Shown: in pieces, positions 34,888 to 44,653 of the stretch | How positions within the stretch are numbered: position 1 is the stretch's first letter | Layout of the letters: each line of letters starts with the position of its first letter | Assembly (NCBI GenBank): GCA_905205065.1 | Contig: CAJLCI010000005.1 | Span: 1,813 to 65,812, forward strand | DNA length: 64,000 nucleotides | Source: an uncultured Eubacteriales bacterium | GTDB taxonomy: Bacteria > Bacillota > Clostridia > Oscillospirales > CAG-272 | Direction of reading: 5' to 3' | Position numbers and translations under genes: made by a program | Notes under the pieces: generated by a model | Database searches by the model: none | What the model was told of the DNA's origin: nothing | Seen by the model: only the letters and a program-made list of their open reading frames with translations

Positions 34888-37800
34888 ATGGAAGAAAAAA
34901 TAAAAGACGGTGATATTGATATACAGCTGTCAGAGAAAAAAGAAGTATATCAAGTTAAAGAGAAGAAAAATATGCGCGAGAAAAACCGAAAGATATATCG
35001 GATGAGCGACGGAAGCGAGCGCGCTGTATTTTACGCCGCCTCTGTGCATGAATTGAATGAAGAAAACGGAAGCTATGAAGAGCCGGAGAATTCTATTACT
35101 GAAGAATCGGGCGGAGAATATGCGCACGGAGAAAACCGATTGTTTAAAGTTGATTTTAACTGCGCAAAGGATAACGGCGAGCTTTTTGAAGTTGAAAGCC
35201 GGGGACATAAAATTGCAGTGTCATCTGTCAGACCGAAATCTAAAAAATCAAATGATGTATACGGAGCGGCGGGACACCTTCTCAGAAGGATAAATCCCGG
35301 AAAGAAACCTCAGGATACGGTTTCTTTCGAAGGACGGCATAAAGGCGAGACATATGAATACTATATGGAAAACAGCCGGCTTAAAGAAAACATCATAATC
35401 ACTGAAAAGTCAGAGTCATACAGATATTCGTTTAATCTAAAAATGGATAATCTGAATTATGAATACGTTGAAAAAGACAAACGTATATACTTCAAGGACA
35501 CAGAAACAAACGAACTTATATTTACAATACCGGCGCCGTATATGTATGACGCCGTGGGCGCTGAATCAGAAAATGTATGTTATGAAATAAAAACCGGTGA
35601 AAACGGAGAAATCCGTCTGTCGGTAATAGCGGACTGCGGCTGGATAAACTCTGAAGAACGTGTATTTCCGGTTACGGTAGATCCCCAGATTGATGTAAAT
35701 CAGGAAGAAAATATTGTGCTGTATCCGTGGAAAGATGGTACCGTTGGTTCAAGCGGAACATGTCATGTAGGATTTGATGGTGATACAGTCCAAAGAACGT
35801 ATATAGTAATAAACAAGCCTGAGCTTTCCGGAAATCCGCGGATAAAGAAAGTATGGATGAAGCTTTACGGTTATACTTTCTTTACCGGAAATACAAAGCC
35901 GCTTGTAGCGCTTTACAGAGTAACCGATAGCCTTACTGTTGGGCAATGCACACCTGAAAACAGTACGGATATGATTGACTATTCTCATATCGGCGGCGAT
36001 ATGGAAGATGGAAAATATGTATATACGTTTGATATAACTTCGGTGTATGATATTTTTGAAAAAGAAGACATTTCTCAGATTACTCTTGTACTTAAGCTGA
36101 TTGATGAAGATATTACCGATTTGTATGATTCGTATGTTTACTTGAGAAGAACCGGACACATTCCCGAGCTGATAGTCGATTATGAGAAAAACGATGTTTT
36201 TTCAGGTTCACACGACAGCGACAGCTTTCAGATCGGAAGTATCGGAAGAGAAAATATTGATTTGCTTTGCGGAAACGCAACGCTTACATTAAATGATTTT
36301 GTATGGGCCGGAAATAGAATGCCGGTTACACTGCGTCATATGTATAACAGCGTATATGCAGAATATGATTATACGGCAAACAGCGCCGCGGATATAGAGG
36401 AAGCGGATTACAGCCAGATGAAACTGGGAAAGGGCTGGAAGCTGAATATAATGCAAAGTGTAATTGAATCGGTATTCCAGCTTGACGGAACAACGTATGA
36501 CGGCTACATATTTTTAGACGAATACGGAAAGAAGACGTATCTTGTTGAGAGAAGCGAGGACCGCTGCGAAGGAAACTGTGAGAACGGCGAATATACATAC
36601 GAAGATTACAACAAAAGCGGAATACTGTATGAGCCGACGTGCCGCAATCTTCTGCTCGGAACAGACATATACAAGTTCGATACGTCCGGCAGGTTAATAT
36701 CAATAACCGACTCGTACGGAAACGTGATGAGTATAACATATACGCTTGGGAAAATCACATCGGTGACTGACGGAGCAGGACGGGAATTTGAATTTACATA
36801 CTCCGGCGATTATCTGAGCATGATAACGGCTCCGGACGGGAGCAGTATAAGCTATACATATCTTACCGGTCTTCTTATCAGGATAAACTATGCTGACGGA
36901 AATTGTCTGAGACTTGCATATGATTTTGACTCTCTGATCGGAAGTCTTGCCGTGGCGGATAAGAACGGCCGTGTTATTGAGAACTGTACAAATGTTTATA
37001 CAGGAAAAAATATCACAGAGGTCAGAAGCTACGGATCCGACGGAAATGAATTGAAGCTCGGAAAGGTAAAAAAATATGTCAGATCCTTTGCGTCGAACAC
37101 AGTGACTGTAACGGAAAGATATCCGGCGGACGCGGATTTGTGCGAGACAGAGGATATCGTCAGTACGACAGTATATAAATATGACGGAGACGGAAATCAA
37201 ATCAGCAACTACAAAAAAGAATCGGAATGGAGCTGTAATAATTATCTAAGCGGACATGACTTTGAAAACCTGGACGCGTGGACTGCGGAAGCTGTAAACA
37301 CGGTAGACACTATTCTTATACAATCCAGGGAAACTGACAACGCCAAATACGGAGATTATGTTCTTCGCATGCAGACATTGGACAAAAACGCTACGGCAAA
37401 CGGGGTATATCAGACAGTGACGCTGCTGGCAGGAACTTATACGGCTTCGGCATATCTTCGCCTGATGAATATATCGGGAAATCCAAGTATGTATATACGC
37501 GTAACTTCATCCGACGGCACAACGCTCGCGGAAAGTGAACATTTGGATAAGAAATACTCGGATTATATACGCGTCTCGGAAGTATTTACACTTACACAAA
37601 GCACAAGTGTAACAGTGCATATACTTATGGATGGAAGAGGAATCGCGTATGCAGACGCTGTACAGCTTGAAAAAGGAGGATGTGCCGGAGAATACAGCCT
37701 CATAGAAAACGGCGGATTTGAAAATGCAGCCACAGGATGGATAAGAACATCAGCGTTCAGGACTAACGCAGGAACCGGAATTGAACAGTCGTTTTCATTA

Positions 37801-40791
37801 AAGGGAGAAGTCGATACAGGCACGTCGGCGTATATATCTCAGTATATACCGGCTAAGAAGTCACGCGGAACTAAGGAAAGCTTTACGCTGTCAGGCTGGG
37901 CTAAGGGATACGGACTTACCAATTTGGAGCGCAGCGACTGCTATACACCGTCGTTTCGGCTTCGTGCTGAAATAAAGTACAACGATACGGAATATAACGA
38001 GACGGGGACCGAGACATATACAGCTGATTTTTCTCCTCAGACAGAAGAATGGCAGTTTGCTTCGCTGCAGTTCAGTAAGGAAAAGTACTGTAAAATTGAA
38101 TATATCTGTGTATACTGTGATTACGGATATAATAACGGGGAAATATACTTTGATGAAATTAAACTTGTCAGAGACAGTATAGAAACCGGACTGGGAGAAG
38201 ATGATTTCAAAAAAGATACTGAGGAAAATACAGATTCCGAAACCGTGGAAGAATCGGAAGAAAACGAAACAAATGCCGAAATTTTTGAAGAGGTCCGCGA
38301 TATATACGGAAATGTAATAACCGAAACAGACTTCAGAGAAGGCGAATTCGGAACTCTTTACAGTTCTTCCATATACGGCAACAACGGAAACGACCATGTA
38401 GGAAGCAGAGATACAAGAGGAAATACAACAAACTATAGCGTTGACGCGGATACATCCAAGACCGAAAAAATAACTGACAGAATGGGAAATATTACGGAAT
38501 ACGAATACGATGTATCCGGAAATATAATAAAGGCTGTAAAGAAAAATTCGAACAATGCCGAGCTTTCAAACATATCCTATTCGTACAACGAAGTGAACAA
38601 GCCTACCGGAATAACGCGCGGAGACGGAATGAAATACGCGGTGGAATATGACGCGTTCAAAAATTTGAAGTCAATAGGTATTAACGGCAAAACAGAGAAG
38701 CTTATCACTTATGCATACAAATCAGGTTCCGGAAGGGTTAAGTCCGCGGTGTATGCAAATGGTGATGTTATGAAGCTCACATACAATAAGCTGGGACAGG
38801 TTACTTTTGAAAAATGGTATTCAAGTGACAATTCAATAGTTCCGACAGCGTCGTATGAATATGTATATAACTCAGATGGAAAGTTGATTTCAACTATTGA
38901 CTTTAAAGCCCTGAAAGAGTATACTTATACATATGATATGGGCAATCTTTCCAAGTATACAGAAAAAAGCTTCGTTCTTGACGGAAATGTAATAAAATCT
39001 CGGACTGTGGATTTTTCAATTGTATATGAATATGAGGACGGAAAGCTTGTCCGTACAAACTATATTTCTTCTGACGGAAGCGCAAGAACAGTAAGTACAG
39101 AATATCCTGAAAAAGAAAACAGACTTGTCAGGTTTGAAGCCGGAGGAAAAACCGTTACAAGCCGCAGCAAGACAGACGGTTTCGGACGCAAGATGTTTGA
39201 CGAGCTTCAGCTCGGAACAGGATTCGTATCAAGACAGTTCAGCTACTACGGCGGACAGGTAACCGAAGAACATTCGGAAAACGAGAAGCTGAAGTCAAGC
39301 CCGACAACGGCGCTTGTGAGTCAGATAGTATATACTGACGGAAGGACTATCAGCTATGAATATGACGCGGAGGAACGGATTACAAAAATTACGGATACCG
39401 AAAACGGAGTAACCGAGTATACATATGACGCTTTGGGACAGCTTCTTACAGAGACGAAAAATGGAACTGCCGTAAATACAATGACATATGATGAGTACGG
39501 AAATATTCTCACAAAGAATGACATTGTATATACATACGGAAACGGAGTATGGAGAGATTTGCTTACCGGATACTGCGGTAAGACAATAACTTATGACGCG
39601 CAGGGAAATCCGCTTATGTATCTTGGAGAATCTCTGAGCTGGAGCAAGGGAAGACAGCTGAAGGCGTTCGGAAATAACTCGTATACCTATAACGCAAGCG
39701 GGGTCCGGACATCTAAGACTGTAGGACTGACAAAACACAATTATACCCTTGACGGAACTAAAATTCTGAAGGAAGCATGGGGAAATAATACGATAATTCC
39801 GCTGTACAGCAATGAGACAGATATATGCGGAATTATATACAACAGCGAACCGTTTTACTTTATTAAAAATCTTCAGGGAGACATTTTATCGGTAACTGAT
39901 AAGAACGGAACTGCCGTTGCCGGGTATTCATATGACGCGTGGGGCGTTTGTACAATAGTCAGCGATTTGTCGAACTGTAATATTGCAGAAGTTAATCCGT
40001 TCAGATACCGCGGTTATTATTACGACTCTGAAACTAAGCTGTATTATCTTCAGAGCAGGTACTATGATCCCGCTGTCGGTAGATTTATTAATGCGGACTA
40101 TATGTTCTTTTGGGATATTGATAAATCATCTTTTGCAACTAATCAATTTCATTATTGTCATAACGATCCTATAAATAATATAGATCATAACGGAAGAATC
40201 ATTGAAAAGATTATTGCCAGAGCAGTAGTCGGAGCTTTGTACGGGGCTCTTATGCAGTATATTACTGATGTTTTAGAAAACTTATCAAATTGTATTATAA
40301 AATGTGAAAGAATTACATCAAATATTTGGTATCCATGCAGTGGAATTGCTCAATATCTACTTTCTATGGGTGATTCAGCTTTAGATGCTACTTTATATTT
40401 AGGTCGTGTTGCGGATATAATAAAAACAGTGCTTGCTACGTTTATTGAGCATGTTATAATTTTTGTGGAGAGAAGAGAGATAAATTGGGGCAAACTTGTT
40501 AAAGATTTAATTTGGGGGTTCTTACTTGGTGAAATAACCGATAAAATATGTCAAAGATTTTCCCCTAAAAAAACAAAGGAATTATATAGATACATACGAA
40601 ACACATATAATGTTAAAGGAACAAGAAACTACGAAAAATATTGGGAACTATTTTGTGAATGTATTGAGTGGAATGGATTTATGATTTCTTCTGTTATAGA
40701 TTCTATAAAATCCGGCTGTGAAGCCTTAATCGATTTTATTGAAGGAATTTGTCGGGAAGCATTTATATCTGCTTTTGAAAGCGTTTCTTAA
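34888..40791 (+). CDS. Rhs/YD-repeat polymorphic toxin (main gene) with two CBM-like domains and an unclassified ~190-aa C-terminal toxin domain
   Basis: Many YD repeats (e.g. ITDSYGNVMSITY, YDALGQLLTE). Two NGGFEN/galactose-binding-like modules at ~aa 790-1090. Core end YYLQSRYYDPAVGRFINAD...YCHNDPINNIDHNG (DPxG-type boundary). After that comes a hydrophobic helical CT. Confidence 0.9.
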   Translation: MEEKIKDGDIDIQLSEKKEVYQVKEKKNMREKNRKIYRMSDGSERAVFYAASVHELNEENGSYEEPENSITEESGGEYAHGENRLFKVDFNCAKDNGELFEVESRGHKIAVSSVRPKSKKSNDVYGAAGHLLRRINPGKKPQDTVSFEGRHKGETYEYYMENSRLKENIIITEKSESYRYSFNLKMDNLNYEYVEKDKRIYFKDTETNELIFTIPAPYMYDAVGAESENVCYEIKTGENGEIRLSVIADCGWINSEERVFPVTVDPQIDVNQEENIVLYPWKDGTVGSSGTCHVGFDGDTVQRTYIVINKPELSGNPRIKKVWMKLYGYTFFTGNTKPLVALYRVTDSLTVGQCTPENSTDMIDYSHIGGDMEDGKYVYTFDITSVYDIFEKEDISQITLVLKLIDEDITDLYDSYVYLRRTGHIPELIVDYEKNDVFSGSHDSDSFQIGSIGRENIDLLCGNATLTLNDFVWAGNRMPVTLRHMYNSVYAEYDYTANSAADIEEADYSQMKLGKGWKLNIMQSVIESVFQLDGTTYDGYIFLDEYGKKTYLVERSEDRCEGNCENGEYTYEDYNKSGILYEPTCRNLLLGTDIYKFDTSGRLISITDSYGNVMSITYTLGKITSVTDGAGREFEFTYSGDYLSMITAPDGSSISYTYLTGLLIRINYADGNCLRLAYDFDSLIGSLAVADKNGRVIENCTNVYTGKNITEVRSYGSDGNELKLGKVKKYVRSFASNTVTVTERYPADADLCETEDIVSTTVYKYDGDGNQISNYKKESEWSCNNYLSGHDFENLDAWTAEAVNTVDTILIQSRETDNAKYGDYVLRMQTLDKNATANGVYQTVTLLAGTYTASAYLRLMNISGNPSMYIRVTSSDGTTLAESEHLDKKYSDYIRVSEVFTLTQSTSVTVHILMDGRGIAYADAVQLEKGGCAGEYSLIENGGFENAATGWIRTSAFRTNAGTGIEQSFSLKGEVDTGTSAYISQYIPAKKSRGTKESFTLSGWAKGYGLTNLERSDCYTPSFRLRAEIKYNDTEYNETGTETYTADFSPQTEEWQFASLQFSKEKYCKIEYICVYCDYGYNNGEIYFDEIKLVRDSIETGLGEDDFKKDTEENTDSETVEESEENETNAEIFEEVRDIYGNVITETDFREGEFGTLYSSSIYGNNGNDHVGSRDTRGNTTNYSVDADTSKTEKITDRMGNITEYEYDVSGNIIKAVKKNSNNAELSNISYSYNEVNKPTGITRGDGMKYAVEYDAFKNLKSIGINGKTEKLITYAYKSGSGRVKSAVYANGDVMKLTYNKLGQVTFEKWYSSDNSIVPTASYEYVYNSDGKLISTIDFKALKEYTYTYDMGNLSKYTEKSFVLDGNVIKSRTVDFSIVYEYEDGKLVRTNYISSDGSARTVSTEYPEKENRLVRFEAGGKTVTSRSKTDGFGRKMFDELQLGTGFVSRQFSYYGGQVTEEHSENEKLKSSPTTALVSQIVYTDGRTISYEYDAEERITKITDTENGVTEYTYDALGQLLTETKNGTAVNTMTYDEYGNILTKNDIVYTYGNGVWRDLLTGYCGKTITYDAQGNPLMYLGESLSWSKGRQLKAFGNNSYTYNASGVRTSKTVGLTKHNYTLDGTKILKEAWGNNTIIPLYSNETDICGIIYNSEPFYFIKNLQGDILSVTDKNGTAVAGYSYDAWGVCTIVSDLSNCNIAEVNPFRYRGYYYDSETKLYYLQSRYYDPAVGRFINADYMFFWDIDKSSFATNQFHYCHNDPINNIDHNGRIIEKIIARAVVGALYGALMQYITDVLENLSNCIIKCERITSNIWYPCSGIAQYLLSMGDSALDATLYLGRVADIIKTVLATFIEHVIIFVERREINWGKLVKDLIWGFLLGEITDKICQRFSPKKTKELYRYIRNTYNVKGTRNYEKYWELFCECIEWNGFMISSVIDSIKSGCEALIDFIEGICREAFISAFESVS
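38866..40053 (+). repeat. Direct repeat copy 1 (~1,188 bp, Rhs core 3' part)
   Basis: Offset of 2,542 bp to copy 2. The sense translation (396 aa) and two antisense track ORFs (38903-39085 = 41445-41627; 39295-39738 = 41837-42280) are identical between copies. Confidence 0.9.
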
Positions 40792-40799
40792 GGGGTTAT

Positions 40800-41288
40800 A
40801 TGATGGATAATACTTATTATGTAGAAGTTTTAAAAAATATAAGATCATTCTTTATAAGTCAAACGGATGATATTTTTGGGATGCTACTTTTTGTTTTAAT
40901 ATTAATATTATTAATATTGATATTCTCAAAAAAAATCAAAGATAAAAAGTATGTAATTGCTTTTATAATAATGACTATTATATTGCCTGTTATTACTTTT
41001 GCCATATATAGATATAATATAAATAGTATGAACTATGATATAAAAAATGAAACTTTTGATAGTTATAATGGGGAAGTCTATATTAGGTTTTATAAATCAA
41101 GACATGGAAGTTATGAAAATACAGGGAAAATATTGGGGACTGATCTAATAATAGTAGATTTAAATAATAAGTATGGAACATATCCCAATTACACATCTAT
41201 TACTTATGGTAGGTATAGTGGAACAATAATATATGGAAGAAATAGTAAGAACGTAGTCTACTGGAACCTTGTTAGATTAGATTGTTAG
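40800..41288 (+). CDS. Putative cognate immunity protein 1 (two-TM membrane protein)
   Basis: Starts 9 nt after the toxin stop, with an AAGGGG RBS. Hydrophobic helices LLFVLILILLILIF and VIAFIIMTIILPVITFAIY. Confidence 0.6.
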   Translation: MMDNTYYVEVLKNIRSFFISQTDDIFGMLLFVLILILLILIFSKKIKDKKYVIAFIIMTIILPVITFAIYRYNINSMNYDIKNETFDSYNGEVYIRFYKSRHGSYENTGKILGTDLIIVDLNNKYGTYPNYTSITYGRYSGTIIYGRNSKNVVYWNLVRLDC

Positions 41289-41347
41289 TTAAATTCATTA
41301 ATGTGTTTATTTGCTAAATATAAATGTAAAATTTAAGGCAATAGCTT

Positions 41348-41385
41348 ATGGCTGCTCAAATATTGAGCGGCCATATTTTATATTT
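41348..41385 (+). terminator. Terminator after immunity gene 1
   Basis: AUGGCUGCUC-aaauauu-GAGCGGCCAU (10 bp, one G-U) followed by AUUUUAUAUUU. The track ATG at 41348 lies inside the 5' arm of this hairpin. Confidence 0.7.
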
Positions 41386-41404
41386 AGTAAAAAAACAATT
41401 TTAT

Positions 41405-43480
41405 GTGTATAACTCAGATGGAAAGTTGATTTCAACTATTGACTTTAAAGCCCTGAAAGAGTATACTTATACATATGATATGGGCAATCTTTCCAAGTAT
41501 ACAGAAAAAAGCTTCGTTCTTGACGGAAATGTAATAAAATCTCGGACTGTGGATTTTTCAATTGTATATGAATATGAGGACGGAAAGCTTGTCCGTACAA
41601 ACTATATTTCTTCTGACGGAAGCGCAAGAACAGTAAGTACAGAATATCCTGAAAAAGAAAACAGACTTGTCAGGTTTGAAGCCGGAGGAAAAACCGTTAC
41701 AAGCCGCAGCAAGACAGACGGTTTCGGACGCAAGATGTTTGACGAGCTTCAGCTCGGAACAGGATTCGTATCAAGACAGTTCAGCTACTACGGCGGACAG
41801 GTAACCGAAGAACATTCGGAAAACGAGAAGCTGAAGTCAAGCCCGACAACGGCGCTTGTGAGTCAGATAGTATATACTGACGGAAGGACTATCAGCTATG
41901 AATATGACGCGGAGGAACGGATTACAAAAATTACGGATACCGAAAACGGAGTAACCGAGTATACATATGACGCTTTGGGACAGCTTCTTACAGAGACGAA
42001 AAATGGAACTGCCGTAAATACAATGACATATGATGAGTACGGAAATATTCTCACAAAGAATGACATTGTATATACATACGGAAACGGAGTATGGAGAGAT
42101 TTGCTTACCGGATACTGCGGTAAGACAATAACTTATGACGCGCAGGGAAATCCGCTTATGTATCTTGGAGAATCTCTGAGCTGGAGCAAGGGAAGACAGC
42201 TGAAGGCGTTCGGAAATAACTCGTATACCTATAACGCAAGCGGGGTCCGGACATCTAAGACTGTAGGACTGACAAAACACAATTATACCCTTGACGGAAC
42301 TAAAATTCTGAAGGAAGCATGGGGAAATAATACGATAATTCCGCTGTACAGCAATGAGACAGATATATGCGGAATTATATACAACAGCGAACCGTTTTAC
42401 TTTATTAAAAATCTTCAGGGAGACATTTTATCGGTAACTGATAAGAACGGAACTGCCGTTGCCGGGTATTCATATGACGCGTGGGGCGTTTGTACAATAG
42501 TCAGCGATTTGTCGAACTGTAATATTGCAGAAGTTAATCCGTTCAGATACCGCGGTTATTATTACGACTCTGAAACTAAGCTGTATTATCTTCAGGCAAG
42601 ATATTATGATCCTGCTGCTGGCAGATTTATTAATGTCGATGATATAAATCTAATTTTAGCATTTGAGAGTTCATATTGCAGAAATTTATATTCTTATTGT
42701 AAATGTGATCCAATGAATAGAAGTGATCCTCTTGGATATTTTGATTATATAATTAAACCTCTCTATGGGAAAGACCCATATGAATCGAATTTTTCAATGT
42801 CTTTTGTTACGGCAAATAGTAGTTTAAACTTTACTTTTTCTGATTCATATTTTCGTAAACCAATACCAGATACATCGTGGCAAAATTCTTTTCTTTATTT
42901 AGGTTTTTCAACAGGCAAATTAATTGCCGGATCCGTTCTTCCAAATGGAGCAGCGTTTTATAGCTATTTTATGAGCGGAAACGCTGGTATACTATACTAT
43001 GATTATTTAACTGCATTTGAAGAAGATGATCTTATTAGAAGACAGATATTAAAGTATATTGAAAGTCTATATACGTATGTTTCTGAAGATCCAATTTTAA
43101 AATGTTCTAACAATTTAAAAAATGAATTTGAATATATGTATTATGTAACAAGTAATATCTGTTCAGTAAATTGTAGTTCGTCTGACTGGAGGTTCGCTTT
43201 AAATACTCATAGAGTGGGGATTAAAGCTTTGGTACATAAATTTGGTGTTATAAAATATATATACTTTACAATTTATGCTTTTGACAGATATCAATTTGAA
43301 AAAGGACAGTCCTTTGAAGTATTGGGATTTAATATTCCAGATAAATGGAATGGTAGTTTTATTGAAAGTGGATTAGCAAGTAATTTCATATCCTTGGGAA
43401 CAATGTATGGACGTATTACTATGCTTGATAAAGCAATAGTTTTGGAAACAAAATTGTCATCAACGCCTATATACTATTAG
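41405..43480 (+). CDS. Orphan Rhs C-terminal cassette (396 aa of Rhs core + alternative ~255-aa CT toxin domain); no RBS or proper start
   Basis: Identical to the main gene up to ...KLYYLQ. It then diverges (ARYYDPAAGRFINVD...YCKCDPMNRSDPLGY) into a different CT. The upstream sequence is terminator plus an A-run. The only in-frame start-like codon is GTG 41405, which has no SD. Confidence 0.8.
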   Translation: MYNSDGKLISTIDFKALKEYTYTYDMGNLSKYTEKSFVLDGNVIKSRTVDFSIVYEYEDGKLVRTNYISSDGSARTVSTEYPEKENRLVRFEAGGKTVTSRSKTDGFGRKMFDELQLGTGFVSRQFSYYGGQVTEEHSENEKLKSSPTTALVSQIVYTDGRTISYEYDAEERITKITDTENGVTEYTYDALGQLLTETKNGTAVNTMTYDEYGNILTKNDIVYTYGNGVWRDLLTGYCGKTITYDAQGNPLMYLGESLSWSKGRQLKAFGNNSYTYNASGVRTSKTVGLTKHNYTLDGTKILKEAWGNNTIIPLYSNETDICGIIYNSEPFYFIKNLQGDILSVTDKNGTAVAGYSYDAWGVCTIVSDLSNCNIAEVNPFRYRGYYYDSETKLYYLQARYYDPAAGRFINVDDINLILAFESSYCRNLYSYCKCDPMNRSDPLGYFDYIIKPLYGKDPYESNFSMSFVTANSSLNFTFSDSYFRKPIPDTSWQNSFLYLGFSTGKLIAGSVLPNGAAFYSYFMSGNAGILYYDYLTAFEEDDLIRRQILKYIESLYTYVSEDPILKCSNNLKNEFEYMYYVTSNICSVNCSSSDWRFALNTHRVGIKALVHKFGVIKYIYFTIYAFDRYQFEKGQSFEVLGFNIPDKWNGSFIESGLASNFISLGTMYGRITMLDKAIVLETKLSSTPIYY
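41408..42595 (+). repeat. Direct repeat copy 2 (~1,188 bp)
   Basis: See copy 1. Weaker homology continues ~45 nt past the repeat (RYYDPxxGRFIN). Confidence 0.9.
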
Positions 43481-43519
43481 CAATTACTGCAAAATGTTTA
43501 TGCTATTAAAAGGAGATGT

Positions 43520-44020
43520 ATTGTTATAAGAAGAAAATATTTAAGTATTATATTAATTATTGCTGTTATTATTGTTATTGCTATAATATTGTATTCTGCT
43601 GTAGATGTATATCGCTCTGGGTTTTTGAATGATATCATAATTGAATTAGGTCAGGGCAAGGCATATTTACCAGAGCGACGAGCAGATATTTATTATCACG
43701 TTAAGTTTGGTTATCCTTGCGATGCATATCAATTTTTGTTGACGTCACAAGAACAAGACATTATTAAGTCATATGTAAATAGTAATTCGGGTATTTGGAG
43801 ATTAGTTGATTATAATGTAATGACTGCTGTTGAGAACTATAACTATTCATATGGTAATAAAAAAATGGATTTTTCATCTATTGCTGTTGAAGATACATAT
43901 TGCTGTATTATCACTACACGCAATGATGATTGGATAGGAGAGTTAATATTCCCTGCTGCGTTGTTTTTATGGGATAGCTGTAACGCGCAGTACTATTGTT
44001 TTTATATTTCAGGTAGGTAA
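43520..44020 (+). CDS. Putative immunity protein 2 (N-terminal TM anchor), probable non-canonical start
   Basis: The frame is open from the orphan stop. AGGAGA at 43511-43516. The in-frame sequence (I)VIRRKYLSIILIIAVIIVIAIIL gives a classical positive-inside TM anchor. The first canonical start is only TTG 43589, in the middle of that helix. ATT 43520 is the best-placed initiator. Confidence 0.5.
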   Translation: MVIRRKYLSIILIIAVIIVIAIILYSAVDVYRSGFLNDIIIELGQGKAYLPERRADIYYHVKFGYPCDAYQFLLTSQEQDIIKSYVNSNSGIWRLVDYNVMTAVENYNYSYGNKKMDFSSIAVEDTYCCIITTRNDDWIGELIFPAALFLWDSCNAQYYCFYISGR

Positions 44021-44128
44021 ATGATTTGTTTACTTGTTTTAATGATGTTTATATAATTTAATGAATTGTTTTTTATTACTATTTAAATAAATACCATTAA
44101 TATATAGGCTCAATAATTGGAGAAAATA

Positions 44129-44581
44129 ATGAAATATTTAAAAATAATTATTTTGATAGTTATAATTATATTGCTATATCTATATCTTCCAAGACATTCT
44201 TGGGTGGAACAAGATGTAATTAATGAATTAAATAATAATTATATCTATATTCCCAATAGAAAGTCCGATGATTATTTTAAAGACATTATTTTTAAAGAAC
44301 AACAGGTATGGAAGTATGAGCTTTCTGAACAAGAGATGAAAGAGATTAACGAGTATATTGATAATGGGAATTTTGTAAGATTAACGGAAGATTCGTTTGA
44401 TTATTTAAAACTATGGTGGTATGGTTCATATTCTTTAGTAAATTTTGATTTCCGGATAGGATTCAAAAACATAGATGTAGATAACTCTTACAGATGTTGT
44501 GTTTCATATCGAGGAAACTATGCAGAATTTGTTATAGACGCATCAAATTATAATTATTATATTTTAATATACGATAGTTGA
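44129..44581 (+). CDS. Orphan immunity-like protein (N-terminal TM anchor)
   Basis: GGAGA RBS 6 nt upstream of ATG 44129; MKYLKIIILIVIIILLYLYL followed by a soluble domain. Confidence 0.5.
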   Translation: MKYLKIIILIVIIILLYLYLPRHSWVEQDVINELNNNYIYIPNRKSDDYFKDIIFKEQQVWKYELSEQEMKEINEYIDNGNFVRLTEDSFDYLKLWWYGSYSLVNFDFRIGFKNIDVDNSYRCCVSYRGNYAEFVIDASNYNYYILIYDS

Positions 44582-44653
44582 GCTGTCATTTTTAAGTAAT
44601 ATCATTAATTTAACAATATATTTATCGCATTTTTTATTAGAGGAAATTATTTT

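Noticed and set aside
41348-41404. ATG at 41348 (MAAQILSGHILYLVKKQF...) as the start of the second rhs ORF
   Set aside because: The ATG is the first base-paired position of a terminator hairpin that follows the immunity gene. No RBS is present. Similarity to the main rhs gene starts only at ~41,403, so the N-terminal extension is read-through of non-coding sequence.
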